20,000 nt of DNA from an uncultured virus (IMG/VR IMGVR_UViG_2563367026_000003) (lineage: Duplodnaviria; Heunggongvirae; Uroviricota; Caudoviricetes). Both the position numbers and the translations under genes were made by a program. This document shows, in pieces, positions 10,501 through 16,793 of this stretch (its first letter is position 1; every line of letters begins with the position of its first letter). The stretch lies in IMG/VR virus record IMGVR_UViG_2563367026_000003; one strand, written 5' to 3'. The notes beneath the pieces are model-generated. The model was given only the letters and a program-made list of their open reading frames with translations. It did no database searches and was not told where the DNA came from.

Positions 10501-11295
10501 AAACAGGCACCGGTGTATTTATATCCAAACACAGACAAAGTGCCTGGATTAAACCGATTTGCATTCACGCTGTCTAATGCAGATAATGCTTATTCGAGTG
10601 ACGGTTATATTATGTTTGGTTCTGATGAGAACTATGATTACGGTGCGGGTATCAGGTTTTCTAAAGAAAGAAATAAAGGTCTTGTTCAAATTGTTAATGG
10701 ACGATATGCAACAGGCGGAGATACAACAATCGAAGCAGGGTATGGCAAATTTAATATGCTGAAACGACGTGATGGTAATAGGTATATTCATATACAGAGT
10801 ACAGACCTACTGTCTGTAGGTTCAGATGATGCAGGAGATAGGATAGCTTCTAACTCAATTTATAGACGTACTTATTCGGCCGCAGCTAATTTGCATATTA
10901 CTTCTGCTGGCACAATTGGGCGTTCGACATCAGCGCGTAAATACAAGTTATCTATCGAAAATCAATATAACGATAGAGATGAACAACTGGAACATTCAAA
11001 AGCTATTCTTAACTTACCTATTAGAACGTGGTTTGATAAAGCTGAGTCTGAAATTTTAGCTAGAGAGCTGAGAGAAGATAGAAAATTATCGGAAGACACC
11101 TATAAACTTGATAGATACGTAGGTTTGATTGCTGAAGAGGTGGAGAATTTAGGATTAAAAGAGTTTGTCACGTATGATGACAAAGGAGAAATTGAAGGTA
11201 TAGCGTATGATCGTCTATGGATTCATCTTATCCCTGTTATCAAAGAACAACAACTAAGAATCAAGAAATTGGAGGAGTCAAAGAATGCAGGATAA
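7510..11295 (+). CDS. Tail tip/minor structural protein: Tal-like N-terminus, coiled coil, beta-rich region, C-terminal peptidase S74-like intramolecular chaperone
   Basis: 1261 aa, GTG start after AGGAG, directly after Dit. C-terminal STSARKYKLSIE ... GLIAEEV ... YDRLWIHLIPVIKEQQLRIKKLEE fits the S74 pattern. Confidence 0.88.
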   Translation: MIHVLDFNDKIIDFLSTDDPSLVRAIHKRNVNDNSEMLELLISSERAEKFRERHRVIIRDSNKQWREFIINWVQDTMDGYTEIECIASYLADITTAKPYAPGKFEKKTTSEALKDVLSDTGWEVSEQTEYDGLRTTSWTSYQTRYEVLKQLCTTYKMVLDFYIELSSNTVKGRYVVLKKKNSLFKGKEIEYGKDLVGLTRKIDMSEIKTALIAVGPENDKGKRLELVVTDDEAQSQFNLPMRYIWGIYEPQSDDQNMNETRLSSLAKTELNKRKSAVMSYEITSTDLEVTYPHEIISIGDTVRVKHRDFNPPLYVEAEVIAEEYNIISENSTYTFGQPKEFKESELREEFNKRLNIIHQKLNDNISNINTIVKDVVDGELEYFERKIHKSDTPPENPVNDMLWYDTSNPDVAVLRRYWNGRWIEATPNDVEKLGGITREKALFSELNNIFINLSIQHASLLSEATELLNSEYLVDNDLKADLQASLDAVIDVYNQIKNNLESMTPETATIGRLVDTKTLFLEYRKKLQDVYTDVEDVKIAISDRFKLLQSQYTDEKYKEALEIIATKFGLTVNEDLQLVGEPNVVKSAIEAARESTKEQLRDYVKTSDYKTDKDGIVERLDTAEAERTTLKGEIKDKVTLNEYRNGLEEQKQYTDDQLSDLSNNPEIKASIEQANQEAQEALKSYIDAQDDLKEKESQAYADGKISEEEQRAIQDAQAKLEEAKQNAELKARNAEKKANAYTDNKVKESTDAQRRTLTRYGSQIIQNGKEIKLRTTKEEFNATNRTLSNILNEIVQNVTDGTTIRYDDNGVAQALNVGPRGIRLNADKIDINGNREINLLIQNMRDKVDKTDIVNSLNLSREGLDINVNRIGIKGGNNNRYVQIQNDSIELGGIVQRTWRGKRSTDDIFTRLKDGHLRFRNNTAGGSLYMSHFGISTYIDGEGEDGGSSGTIQWWDKTYSDSGMNGITINSYGGVVALTSDNNRVVLESYASSNIKSKQAPVYLYPNTDKVPGLNRFAFTLSNADNAYSSDGYIMFGSDENYDYGAGIRFSKERNKGLVQIVNGRYATGGDTTIEAGYGKFNMLKRRDGNRYIHIQSTDLLSVGSDDAGDRIASNSIYRRTYSAAANLHITSAGTIGRSTSARKYKLSIENQYNDRDEQLEHSKAILNLPIRTWFDKAESEILARELREDRKLSEDTYKLDRYVGLIAEEVENLGLKEFVTYDDKGEIEGIAYDRLWIHLIPVIKEQQLRIKKLEESKNAG

Positions 11296-11437
11296 CAAAC
11301 AAGGATTACAAGCTAATCCTGAATATACAATTCATTATTTATCACAGGAAATTATGAGGTTAACACAAGAAAACGCGATGTTAAAAGCGTATATACAAGA
11401 AAATAAAGAAAATCAACAATGTGCTGAGGAAGAGTAA
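11285..11437 (+). CDS. Small phage protein (50 aa, coiled-coil-like), below the ORF-track cutoff
   Basis: SD GGAGG upstream; MQDNKQGLQANPEYTIHYLSQEIMRLTQENAMLKAYIQENKENQQCAEEE; overlaps the end of the tail tip gene. Confidence 0.8.
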   Translation: MQDNKQGLQANPEYTIHYLSQEIMRLTQENAMLKAYIQENKENQQCAEEE

Positions 11438-11454
11438 TCCTTAGCACTATTTTT
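11421..11454 (+). terminator. Terminator-like hairpin
   Basis: GTGCTGAGGA-AGAGTAA-TCCTTAGCAC followed by TATTTTT. Confidence 0.55.
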
Positions 11455-11483
11455 ATACAAAAATTTAAGGAGGTCATTTAATT

Positions 11484-11771
11484 ATGGCAAAAGAAATTAT
11501 CAACAATACAGAAAGGTTTATTTTAGTACAAATCGACAAAGAAGGTACAGAACGTGTAGTATATCAAGATTTCACAGGAAGTTTTACAACTTCTGAAATG
11601 GTTAACCATGCTCAAGATTTTAAATCTGAAGAAAACGCTAAGAAAATTGCGGAGACGTTAAATTTGTTATATCAATTAACTAACAAAAAACAACGTGTGA
11701 AAGTAGTTAAAGAAGTAGTTGAAAGATCAGATTTATCTCCAGAGGTAACAGTTAACACTGAAACAGTATGA
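11484..11771 (+). CDS. Phage hypothetical protein (95 aa)
   Basis: Strong SD AAGGAGGT, ATG start, position between the tail and lysis modules. Confidence 0.85.
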   Translation: MAKEIINNTERFILVQIDKEGTERVVYQDFTGSFTTSEMVNHAQDFKSEENAKKIAETLNLLYQLTNKKQRVKVVKEVVERSDLSPEVTVNTETV

Positions 11772-11828
11772 AAAGCTATGAGTTAGATACTCATAATCTT
11801 TATTCTTTTAGAAAGCGGGTGTACTGAA

Positions 11829-12125
11829 TTGGGGTGGTTCAAAAAACACGAACATGAATGGCGCATCAGAAGGTTAGAAGAGAATGATAAAACAATGCTC
11901 AGCACACTCAACGAAATTAAATTAGGTCAAAAAACCCAAGAGCAAGTTAACATTAAATTAGATAAAACCTTAGATGCTATTCAAAAAGAAAGAGAAATAG
12001 ATGAAAAGAATAAGAAAGAAAATGATAAGAACATACGTGATATGAAAATGTGGGTGCTTGGTTTAGTTGGGACAATATTTGGGTCGCTAATTATAGCATT
12101 ATTGCGTATGCTTATGGGCATATAA
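11829..12125 (+). CDS. DUF2951-like phage protein (coiled coil plus C-terminal transmembrane helix)
   Basis: 98 aa, TTG start; WRIRRLEENDKTM motif and hydrophobic C-terminus MWVLGLVGTIFGSLIIALLRMLMGI, as recalled for staphylococcal phage DUF2951 proteins. Confidence 0.75.
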   Translation: MGWFKKHEHEWRIRRLEENDKTMLSTLNEIKLGQKTQEQVNIKLDKTLDAIQKEREIDEKNKKENDKNIRDMKMWVLGLVGTIFGSLIIALLRMLMGI

Positions 12126-12139
12126 GAGAGGTGAATAAA

Positions 12140-12202
12140 ATGTTTAAACTAATCTTTGGTTATAGTTTCTGGACATGTTTTTGGTTCGGTAAATGTAAAT
12201 AA
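12140..12202 (+). CDS. Candidate 20-aa aromatic/Cys-rich micropeptide MFKLIFGYSFWTCFWFGKCK
   Basis: SD GAGGTG 7 nt before ATG 12140; TAA 12200-12202 immediately followed by a terminator. Confidence 0.5.
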   Translation: MFKLIFGYSFWTCFWFGKCK

Positions 12203-12207
12203 GTTTT

Positions 12208-12237
12208 AGTCAGTGCTTCGGTACTGACTTTTTATTT
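12208..12237 (+). terminator. Intrinsic terminator with UUCG loop
   Basis: AGTCAGTGC-TTCG-GTACTGACT followed by TTTTATTT. Confidence 0.8.
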
Positions 12238-12250
12238 ATTGTTGTAATTA

Positions 12251-12259
12251 TGGTAATAT
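12251..12259 (+). promoter_or_regulatory. Extended -10 element, likely sprG1 promoter
   Basis: TGgTAATAT. A start near 12265 and an end at the hairpin GGGTAACATG-TTTGCG-CATGTTGCCC-T5 (12544-12574) gives about 310 nt, in line with the recalled short SprG1 transcript. Confidence 0.6.
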
Positions 12260-12316
12260 GCAGAAGTGAGCAAGTTGGATAGATGGTGGCTATCTGAGTA
12301 TAAGGAGGTGGTGCCT

Positions 12317-12451
12317 ATGGTGGCATTACTGAAATCTTTAGAAAGGAGACGCCTAATGATTACAATTAGTACCATGTTGCAGTTTGGTTTATTCCTTATT
12401 GCATTGATAGGTCTAGTAATCAAGCTTATTGAATTAAGCAATAAAAAATAA
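12317..12451 (+). CDS. sprG1: Type I toxin PepG1 (SprG1): 44-aa form from ATG 12317 and 31-aa form from internal ATG 12356
   Basis: MVALLKSLERRRLMITISTMLQFGLFLIALIGLVIKLIELSNKK; each ATG has its own SD (AAGGAGGT and AAGGAG); sits upstream of the holin. Confidence 0.93.
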   Translation: MVALLKSLERRRLMITISTMLQFGLFLIALIGLVIKLIELSNKK

Positions 12452-12582
12452 CCATCGCTAACTTTGGCTGGTTTCGATGGTTAAATGGTTATTAATTTAA
12501 TCTTTAATCTAAAATAGCCACCGTCTTTTTAACGGGCTCATTAGGGTAACATGTTTGCGCATGTTGCCCTTTTTCTATATAT
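12445..12582 (-). ncRNA. sprF1: SprF1 antisense antitoxin RNA (ends approximate)
   Basis: Antisense to the sprG1 3' region. Minus-strand promoter TTGATA(12611-12606)-17 nt-TAATTT(12588-12583); minus-strand terminator TAACCATCG...CGATGGTTA-T6 ending near 12443-12448. Confidence 0.8.
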
Positions 12583-12613
12583 AAATTAACACACCATAAT
12601 ATAAATATCAAAT

Positions 12614-12642
12614 AGACGGCTTATTAGTCGTCTTTTTATTTT
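12614..12642 (+). terminator. Terminator-like hairpin upstream of the holin
   Basis: AGACGGCT-TATT-AGTCGTCT followed by TTTTATTTT. Confidence 0.6.
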
Positions 12643-12662
12643 GGGTAAAAGGAGATAAGAAT

Positions 12663-12917
12663 ATGATTAATTGGAAAATTAGAATGAAACAAAAATCATT
12701 TTGGGTAGCGATATTGTCAGCTATCTTTTTATTTGCTCAAAACATCGCAAAAGCTATTGGGTATGATATCCAAGTTTATACAGAGCAATTAACAGACGGT
12801 TTAAACGCTATATTAGGATTTTTAGTATTAACTGGTGTGATTCAAGACCCGACTACTAAAGGTATAGGTGATAGCCACCAAGCTTTAGAATATGAAGAAC
12901 CAAGAAGAAAATACTAG
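12663..12917 (+). CDS. Holin (phi LC3 family)
   Basis: 84 aa starting MINWKIRMKQKSFW, two hydrophobic segments, GVIQDPTTKGIGDS motif, directly before the endolysin. Confidence 0.93.
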   Translation: MINWKIRMKQKSFWVAILSAIFLFAQNIAKAIGYDIQVYTEQLTDGLNAILGFLVLTGVIQDPTTKGIGDSHQALEYEEPRRKY

Positions 12918-12928
12918 GAGGTAAAATA

Positions 12929-13684
12929 ATGAAAACATACAGTGAAGCAAGAGCAAGGTTACGTTGGTATCAAGGTAGATATATTGATTTTGACGGTTGG
13001 TATGGTTACCAATGTGCAGATTTAGCAGTTGATTACATTTATTGGTTGTTAGAAATTAGAATGTGGGGAAATGCAAAAGATGCAATCAATAACGATTTTA
13101 AAAACATGGCAACAGTATATGAAAACACACCATCGTTTGTTCCACAAATAGGTGATGTGGCTGTATTTACCAAAGGAATATATAAACAATACGGTCATAT
13201 TGGTTTAGTGTTTAATGGTGGTAATACAAACCAATTTTTAATTTTGGAACAGAACTATGACGGTAACGCAAATACGCCTGCAAAGTTACGTTGGGATAAT
13301 TATTACGGCTGTACTCACTTTATTAGACCTAAGTATAAAAGTGAGGGCTTAATGAATAAGATCACAAATAAAGTTAAACCACCTGCTCAAAAAGCAGTCG
13401 GTAAATCTGCAAGTAAAATAACAGTTGGAAGTAAAGCGCCTTATAACCTTAAATGGTCAAAAGGTGCTTATTTTAATGCGAAAATCGACGGCTTAGGTGC
13501 TACTTCAGCCACTAGATACGGTGATAATCGTACTAACTATAGATTCGATGTTGGACAGGCTGTATACGCGCCTGGAACATTAATATATGTGTTTGAAATT
13601 ATAGATGGTTGGTGTCGCATTTATTGGAACAATCATAATGAGTGGATATGGCATGAGAGATTGATTGTGAAAGAAGTGTTTTAA
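12929..13684 (+). CDS. Endolysin: CHAP domain plus C-terminal SH3b-like cell wall binding domain (251 aa, Sa3int type)
   Basis: CHAP motifs DFDGWYGYQCADL, YGHIGLV and LEQN; SD GGAGG. Confidence 0.93.
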   Translation: MKTYSEARARLRWYQGRYIDFDGWYGYQCADLAVDYIYWLLEIRMWGNAKDAINNDFKNMATVYENTPSFVPQIGDVAVFTKGIYKQYGHIGLVFNGGNTNQFLILEQNYDGNANTPAKLRWDNYYGCTHFIRPKYKSEGLMNKITNKVKPPAQKAVGKSASKITVGSKAPYNLKWSKGAYFNAKIDGLGATSATRYGDNRTNYRFDVGQAVYAPGTLIYVFEIIDGWCRIYWNNHNEWIWHERLIVKEVF

Positions 13685-13699
13685 TTCTTAGGTTAAAAT

Positions 13700-13715
13700 G
13701 TTAAATATTTGTTAA
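13700..13715 (+). promoter_or_regulatory. SaeR-binding direct repeat upstream of sak
   Basis: GTTAA-atattt-GTTAA is a perfect match to the GTTAA-N6-GTTAA consensus. Confidence 0.7.
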
Positions 13716-13874
13716 TTATTTTTTAATGTAATTTTAGTTTCTTTTAATATTTTATTTATTTTTAATATTTTCTCAATATAAAATGAAGTTGTTGATATTT
13801 ATCATCTTAAATAAGGGTGTTAGCTATAAAAAGAGATAAATAAAAAAAAATATATTATATTTGGAGGAAGCGCC

Positions 13875-14366
13875 ATGCTCAAAAGAGGTTTATTATTTTT
13901 AACTGTTTTATTGTTATTATTCTCATTTTCTTCAATTACTAATGAGGTAAGTGCATCAAGTTCATTCGACAAAGGAAAATATAAAAAAGGCGATGACGCG
14001 AGTTATTTTGAACCAACAGGCCCGTATTTGATGGTAAATGTGACTGGAGTTGATGGTAAAGGAAATGAATTGCTATCCCCTCATTATGTCGAGTTTCCTA
14101 TTAAACCTGGGACTACACTTACAAAAGAAAAAATTGAATACTATGTCGAATGGGCATTAGATGCGACAGCATATAAAGAGTTTAGAGTAGTTGAATTAGA
14201 TCCAAGCGCAAAGATCGAAGTCACTTATTATGATAAGAATAAGAAAAAAGAAGAAACGAAGTCTTTCCCTATAACAGAAAAAGGTTTTGTTGTCCCAGAT
14301 TTATCAGAGCATATTAAAAACCCTGGATTCAACTTAATTACAAAGGTTATTATAGAAAAGAAATAA
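13875..14366 (+). CDS. sak: Staphylokinase precursor
   Basis: 163 aa; 27-aa signal peptide then [29 protein letters not shown]; mature residues G34, G36, H43. Confidence 0.99.
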   Translation: MLKRGLLFLTVLLLLFSFSSITNEVSASSSFDKGKYKKGDDASYFEPTGPYLMVNVTGVDGKGNELLSPHYVEFPIKPGTTLTKEKIEYYVEWALDATAYKEFRVVELDPSAKIEVTYYDKNKKKEETKSFPITEKGFVVPDLSEHIKNPGFNLITKVIIEKK

Positions 14367-14537
14367 AACAAAATAGTTGTTTATTATAGAAAGCAATGTC
14401 TTGATTGAATATGTGTAGTGAAAATTATCTTTCATCAAATTCTCATTCATGCACGAATGGTTCTGCCCTGCCTAATCAGATATTAGGTGACTTATGGGGA
14501 GAAATCAGTTAGGATGAAAAAGTGGATGATCCTTTTC

Positions 14538-14570
14538 TAGGCAGGTACTTCGGTACTTGCCTATTTTTTT
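14538..14570 (+). terminator. Strong intrinsic terminator about 170 nt downstream of sak
   Basis: TAGGCAGGTAC-TTCG-GTACTTGCCTA followed by T7. Confidence 0.85.
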
Positions 14571-14577
14571 ATGTTAT

Positions 14578-14601
14578 AGCTAGCCTTCGGGCTAGTTTTT
14601 T
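14578..14601 (+). repeat. 24-bp direct repeat copy 1 (terminator-like hairpin)
   Basis: AGCTAGCCTTCGGGCTAGTTTTTT, identical to 15422-15445. Confidence 0.9.
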
Positions 14602-14614
14602 GTTATGATGTGTT

Positions 14615-14767
14615 ACACATGCATCAACTATTTACATCTATCCTTGTTCACCCAAGCATGTCACTGGGTGTTTTTTTCTTATGATAGAGAGCATAGTTTT
14701 CATACTACTCCCCCGTAGTATATATGACTTTAGCATTCCCGTATAATAGTTTACGGGGTGCTTTTTT
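14615..14767 (+). ncRNA. sprX: SprX (RsaOR) small RNA
   Basis: Extended -10 TGtTATGAT (14601-14609); body begins ACACATGCATCAACTATTTACATC; hairpins CACCCA..TGGGTG and TACTAC-TCCCCC-GTAGTA (C-rich loop); terminator AGCATTCCCGTA...TACGGGGTGCT-T tract. About 150 nt and matches the recalled SprX sequence. Confidence 0.8.
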
Positions 14768-14782
14768 ATGTTATAATTAATT

Positions 14783-14946
14783 GTATATAGTAGGAGTGAA
14801 CTATATAGCCTGTTAAGTGGCCTAGTAACCTAACACTTATCCTGGCAATTGACACCCTTTTTGCCCTTCACTCGATACATATATCTCAACAACATAGAAA
14901 TATTACAGTCGCTACACCGCATCTTAAATGGTGTGGTTATTTTTAT
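14783..14946 (+). ncRNA. Candidate sRNA directly downstream of SprX
   Basis: Extended -10 TGtTATAAT (14769-14777); 5' hairpin TATATAGT-AGGAGTGA-ACTATATA; 3' hairpin GCTACACCG...TGGTGTGGT (14911-14937) followed by TATTTTT. Confidence 0.45.
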
Positions 14947-14958
14947 TGGAAGTGTGTA

Positions 14959-15309
14959 TCAGGTATCAGTAATGTTAAAACACCAGCTAAAAATGAAAAG
15001 AATCCACCAGTGCCAGCAGGTTATACACTCGATAAAAATAATAATGTACCGTATAAAAAAGAGATTGGTTATTACACAGTTGCCAATGTTAAAGGTAATA
15101 ACGTGAGGGATGGCTATTCAACTAATTCAAGAATTACAGGTGTATTACCCAATAACGCAACGATCAAATATGACGGCGCATATTGCATCAATGGCTATAG
15201 ATGGATTACTTATATTGCTAATAGTGGACAACGTCGTTATATAGCGACAGGAGAGGTAGACAAGGCAGGTAATAGAATAAGCGGTTTTGGTAAGTTTAGT
15301 GCAGTTTGA
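14959..15309 (+). pseudogene. Truncated endolysin/amidase remnant: linker plus SH3b (SH3_5) cell wall binding domain only (5' boundary approximate)
   Basis: ...KNPPVPAGYTLDKNNNVPYKKE...GNNVRDGYSTNSRITGVLPNNATIKYDGAYCINGYRWITYIANSGQRRYIATGE resembles the C-terminus of PVL-phage-type lysins. No catalytic domain and no clear SD before GTG 15010. Confidence 0.8.
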
Positions 15310-15384
15310 AAAAAGTGTGTAAAATTTCATATGAAGTTAATTAATTTATTATAGAATAGTTTAAAATTATGCTATAATCATTTT

Positions 15385-15446
15385 AGACACAGCAATGTGT
15401 TCAAATTTTCATCTATTCATAAGCTAGCCTTCGGGCTAGTTTTTTT
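15385..15446 (+). ncRNA. Candidate ~62-nt sRNA at the position where chp usually lies
   Basis: Extended -10 TGcTATAAT (15370-15378); 5' hairpin ACACA-GCAA-TGTGT; terminator CTAGCC-TTCG-GGCTAG-T7. Confidence 0.45.
15422..15445 (+). repeat. 24-bp direct repeat copy 2 (terminator-like hairpin)
   Basis: AGCTAGCCTTCGGGCTAGTTTTTT, identical to 14578-14601. Confidence 0.9.
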
Positions 15447-15518
15447 GTGCTATATATTTGTTTTAATTAAATAAAATTAGATAATGCAATAGTAGCCATT
15501 TTATGTTAATATTACCTT

Positions 15519-15668
15519 GGGCGTTTTCAAGGAGCGCCTTTCATTTTTTATGTATTGCTCCCCTTCGGGGCTAGTATATTAAATTTATTTTTGCGCTTTC
15601 CAAATCAATGTATATGTGTTATATTGTTTATGGGAAGTAGGTAAGCATTTCGGTGCTTACCTTTTTTT
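15519..15668 (+). ncRNA. sprD: SprD small RNA (sbi translational repressor)
   Basis: Extended -10 TGtTAATAT (15504-15512); 5' hairpin GGCGTT..AGCGCC; central CTCCCCTT and TATATTAAATTTATT segments; terminator AGGTAAGCAT-TTCG-GTGCTTACCT-T tract. About 143 nt to the end of the stem, directly upstream of scn. Confidence 0.85.
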
Positions 15669-15742
15669 GTTTTTCTATAAATACAATAAGGTATGTCAAT
15701 TTGATAATTTATTAATTTTCATTTAATAAGAAGATCTATATA

Positions 15743-15758
15743 GTTAATGAATAATTAA
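15743..15758 (+). promoter_or_regulatory. SaeR-binding site upstream of scn
   Basis: GTTAA-tgaata-ATTAA (one mismatch to consensus), with a candidate -10 TAAAAT at 15782-15787. Confidence 0.65.
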
Positions 15759-15816
15759 TGTACTTTTTTTTAGTTAGTCATTAAAATAAATTAGTACTAA
15801 TTACTAAGGAGAATAA

Positions 15817-16170
<354 letters not shown>

Positions 16171-16171
16171 A

Positions 16172-16197
16172 AAAACCACCCTTTTACGGGTGGTTTT
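16172..16197. terminator. Bidirectional terminator between scn and the convergent minus-strand ORFs
   Basis: AAAACCACCC-TTTTAC-GGGTGGTTTT with an A tract before and a T tract after. Confidence 0.8.
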
Positions 16198-16222
16198 AAT
16201 TTTCTAGATAATATAAAAGTGT

Positions 16223-16483
16223 TCATAAATAAAACAGTATAGGCAAACAATAAAGTATTGAAAAAAGTAAGTTTAATATGAAAATTGTTAAATGAACGAC
16301 ATCTTTTGTTTTTATAAATATCAAGAAAATAATCAAACTCAAAATAAATAACGTAACTGTAGTCATAGGCGTCCATACATAATCAGCATTAGTCATTAAG
16401 AATGGTGCAGCCATTATGAAAAAATTTATAATGCAGATGAAATAGACAATTAGACTATAAATTAGATAAATAACAATACACAC
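16223..16483 (-). CDS. Hypothetical multi-pass membrane protein (about 86 aa; start uncertain)
   Basis: Three hydrophobic stretches; overlaps the upstream ORF end by 22 nt and ends just before the bidirectional terminator. SD spacing to the GTG is poor. Confidence 0.55.
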   Translation of the reverse strand: MCIVIYLIYSLIVYFICIINFFIMAAPFLMTNADYVWTPMTTVTLFILSLIIFLIFIKTKDVVHLTIFILNLLFSILYCLPILFYL

Positions 16484-16770
16484 CCTTCATAAATAAATAA
16501 TTTAAATCCTATATATTTTAACAAAAGTAACACACAGAAGTGTAGAAAATAAAAAATATTGGTAAATAAAATCAATAAGTTTAACCAATATGTTGCTCGC
16601 TTCATACCGTATATTGCAACAAAAATTCCGATTAAGAAAAATATAGCCCCTATGATAAAACAGAAATCCGATGCTGAATTATTAAAAAATGAGGTGTTTA
16701 GAGTTAGAAAATGAGTTAATGAGTTGACTATAACTAATAAGATATTAATTATATTTGTATGGTTCTTCAC
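16462..16770 (-). CDS. Hypothetical multi-pass membrane protein (102 aa)
   Basis: GTG start with SD GGAGGT 5 nt upstream; three to four hydrophobic segments. Confidence 0.7.
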   Translation of the reverse strand: MKNHTNIINILLVIVNSLTHFLTLNTSFFNNSASDFCFIIGAIFFLIGIFVAIYGMKRATYWLNLLILFTNIFYFLHFCVLLLLKYIGFKLFIYEGCVLLFI

Positions 16771-16793
16771 ATGATACCTCCAAGTAAAAAAAT

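Noticed and set aside
252..10791. Minus-strand and alternate-frame ORFs inside the tail genes (for example 252-464, 1321-1611, 2710-3150, 3415-3945, 5418-5639, 8583-8852, 10559-10762)
   Set aside because: They overlap long, well-supported plus-strand structural genes and show no recognisable motifs; they are typical shadow ORFs.
12232..12451. 61-aa ORF from GTG 12266 and the antisense 69-aa ORF 12232-12441
   Set aside because: GTG 12266 lies at the predicted transcription start with no SD, whereas the SD-supported starts are 12317 and 12356. The antisense ORF is a shadow of sprG1.
14514..14540. Tiny ORF MKKWMILF before the post-sak terminator
   Set aside because: Only 8 codons with poorly spaced SD; it cannot be distinguished from chance.
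14849..15106. 85-aa TTG-start ORF
   Set aside because: No SD near the start, it crosses a terminator-like hairpin, and it overlaps the SH3b remnant out of frame.
14538..15668. Recurrent UUCG hairpins as a possible CRISPR-like array
   Set aside because: Only two copies are identical, spacing is irregular, most have terminator T tracts, and no cas genes are present.
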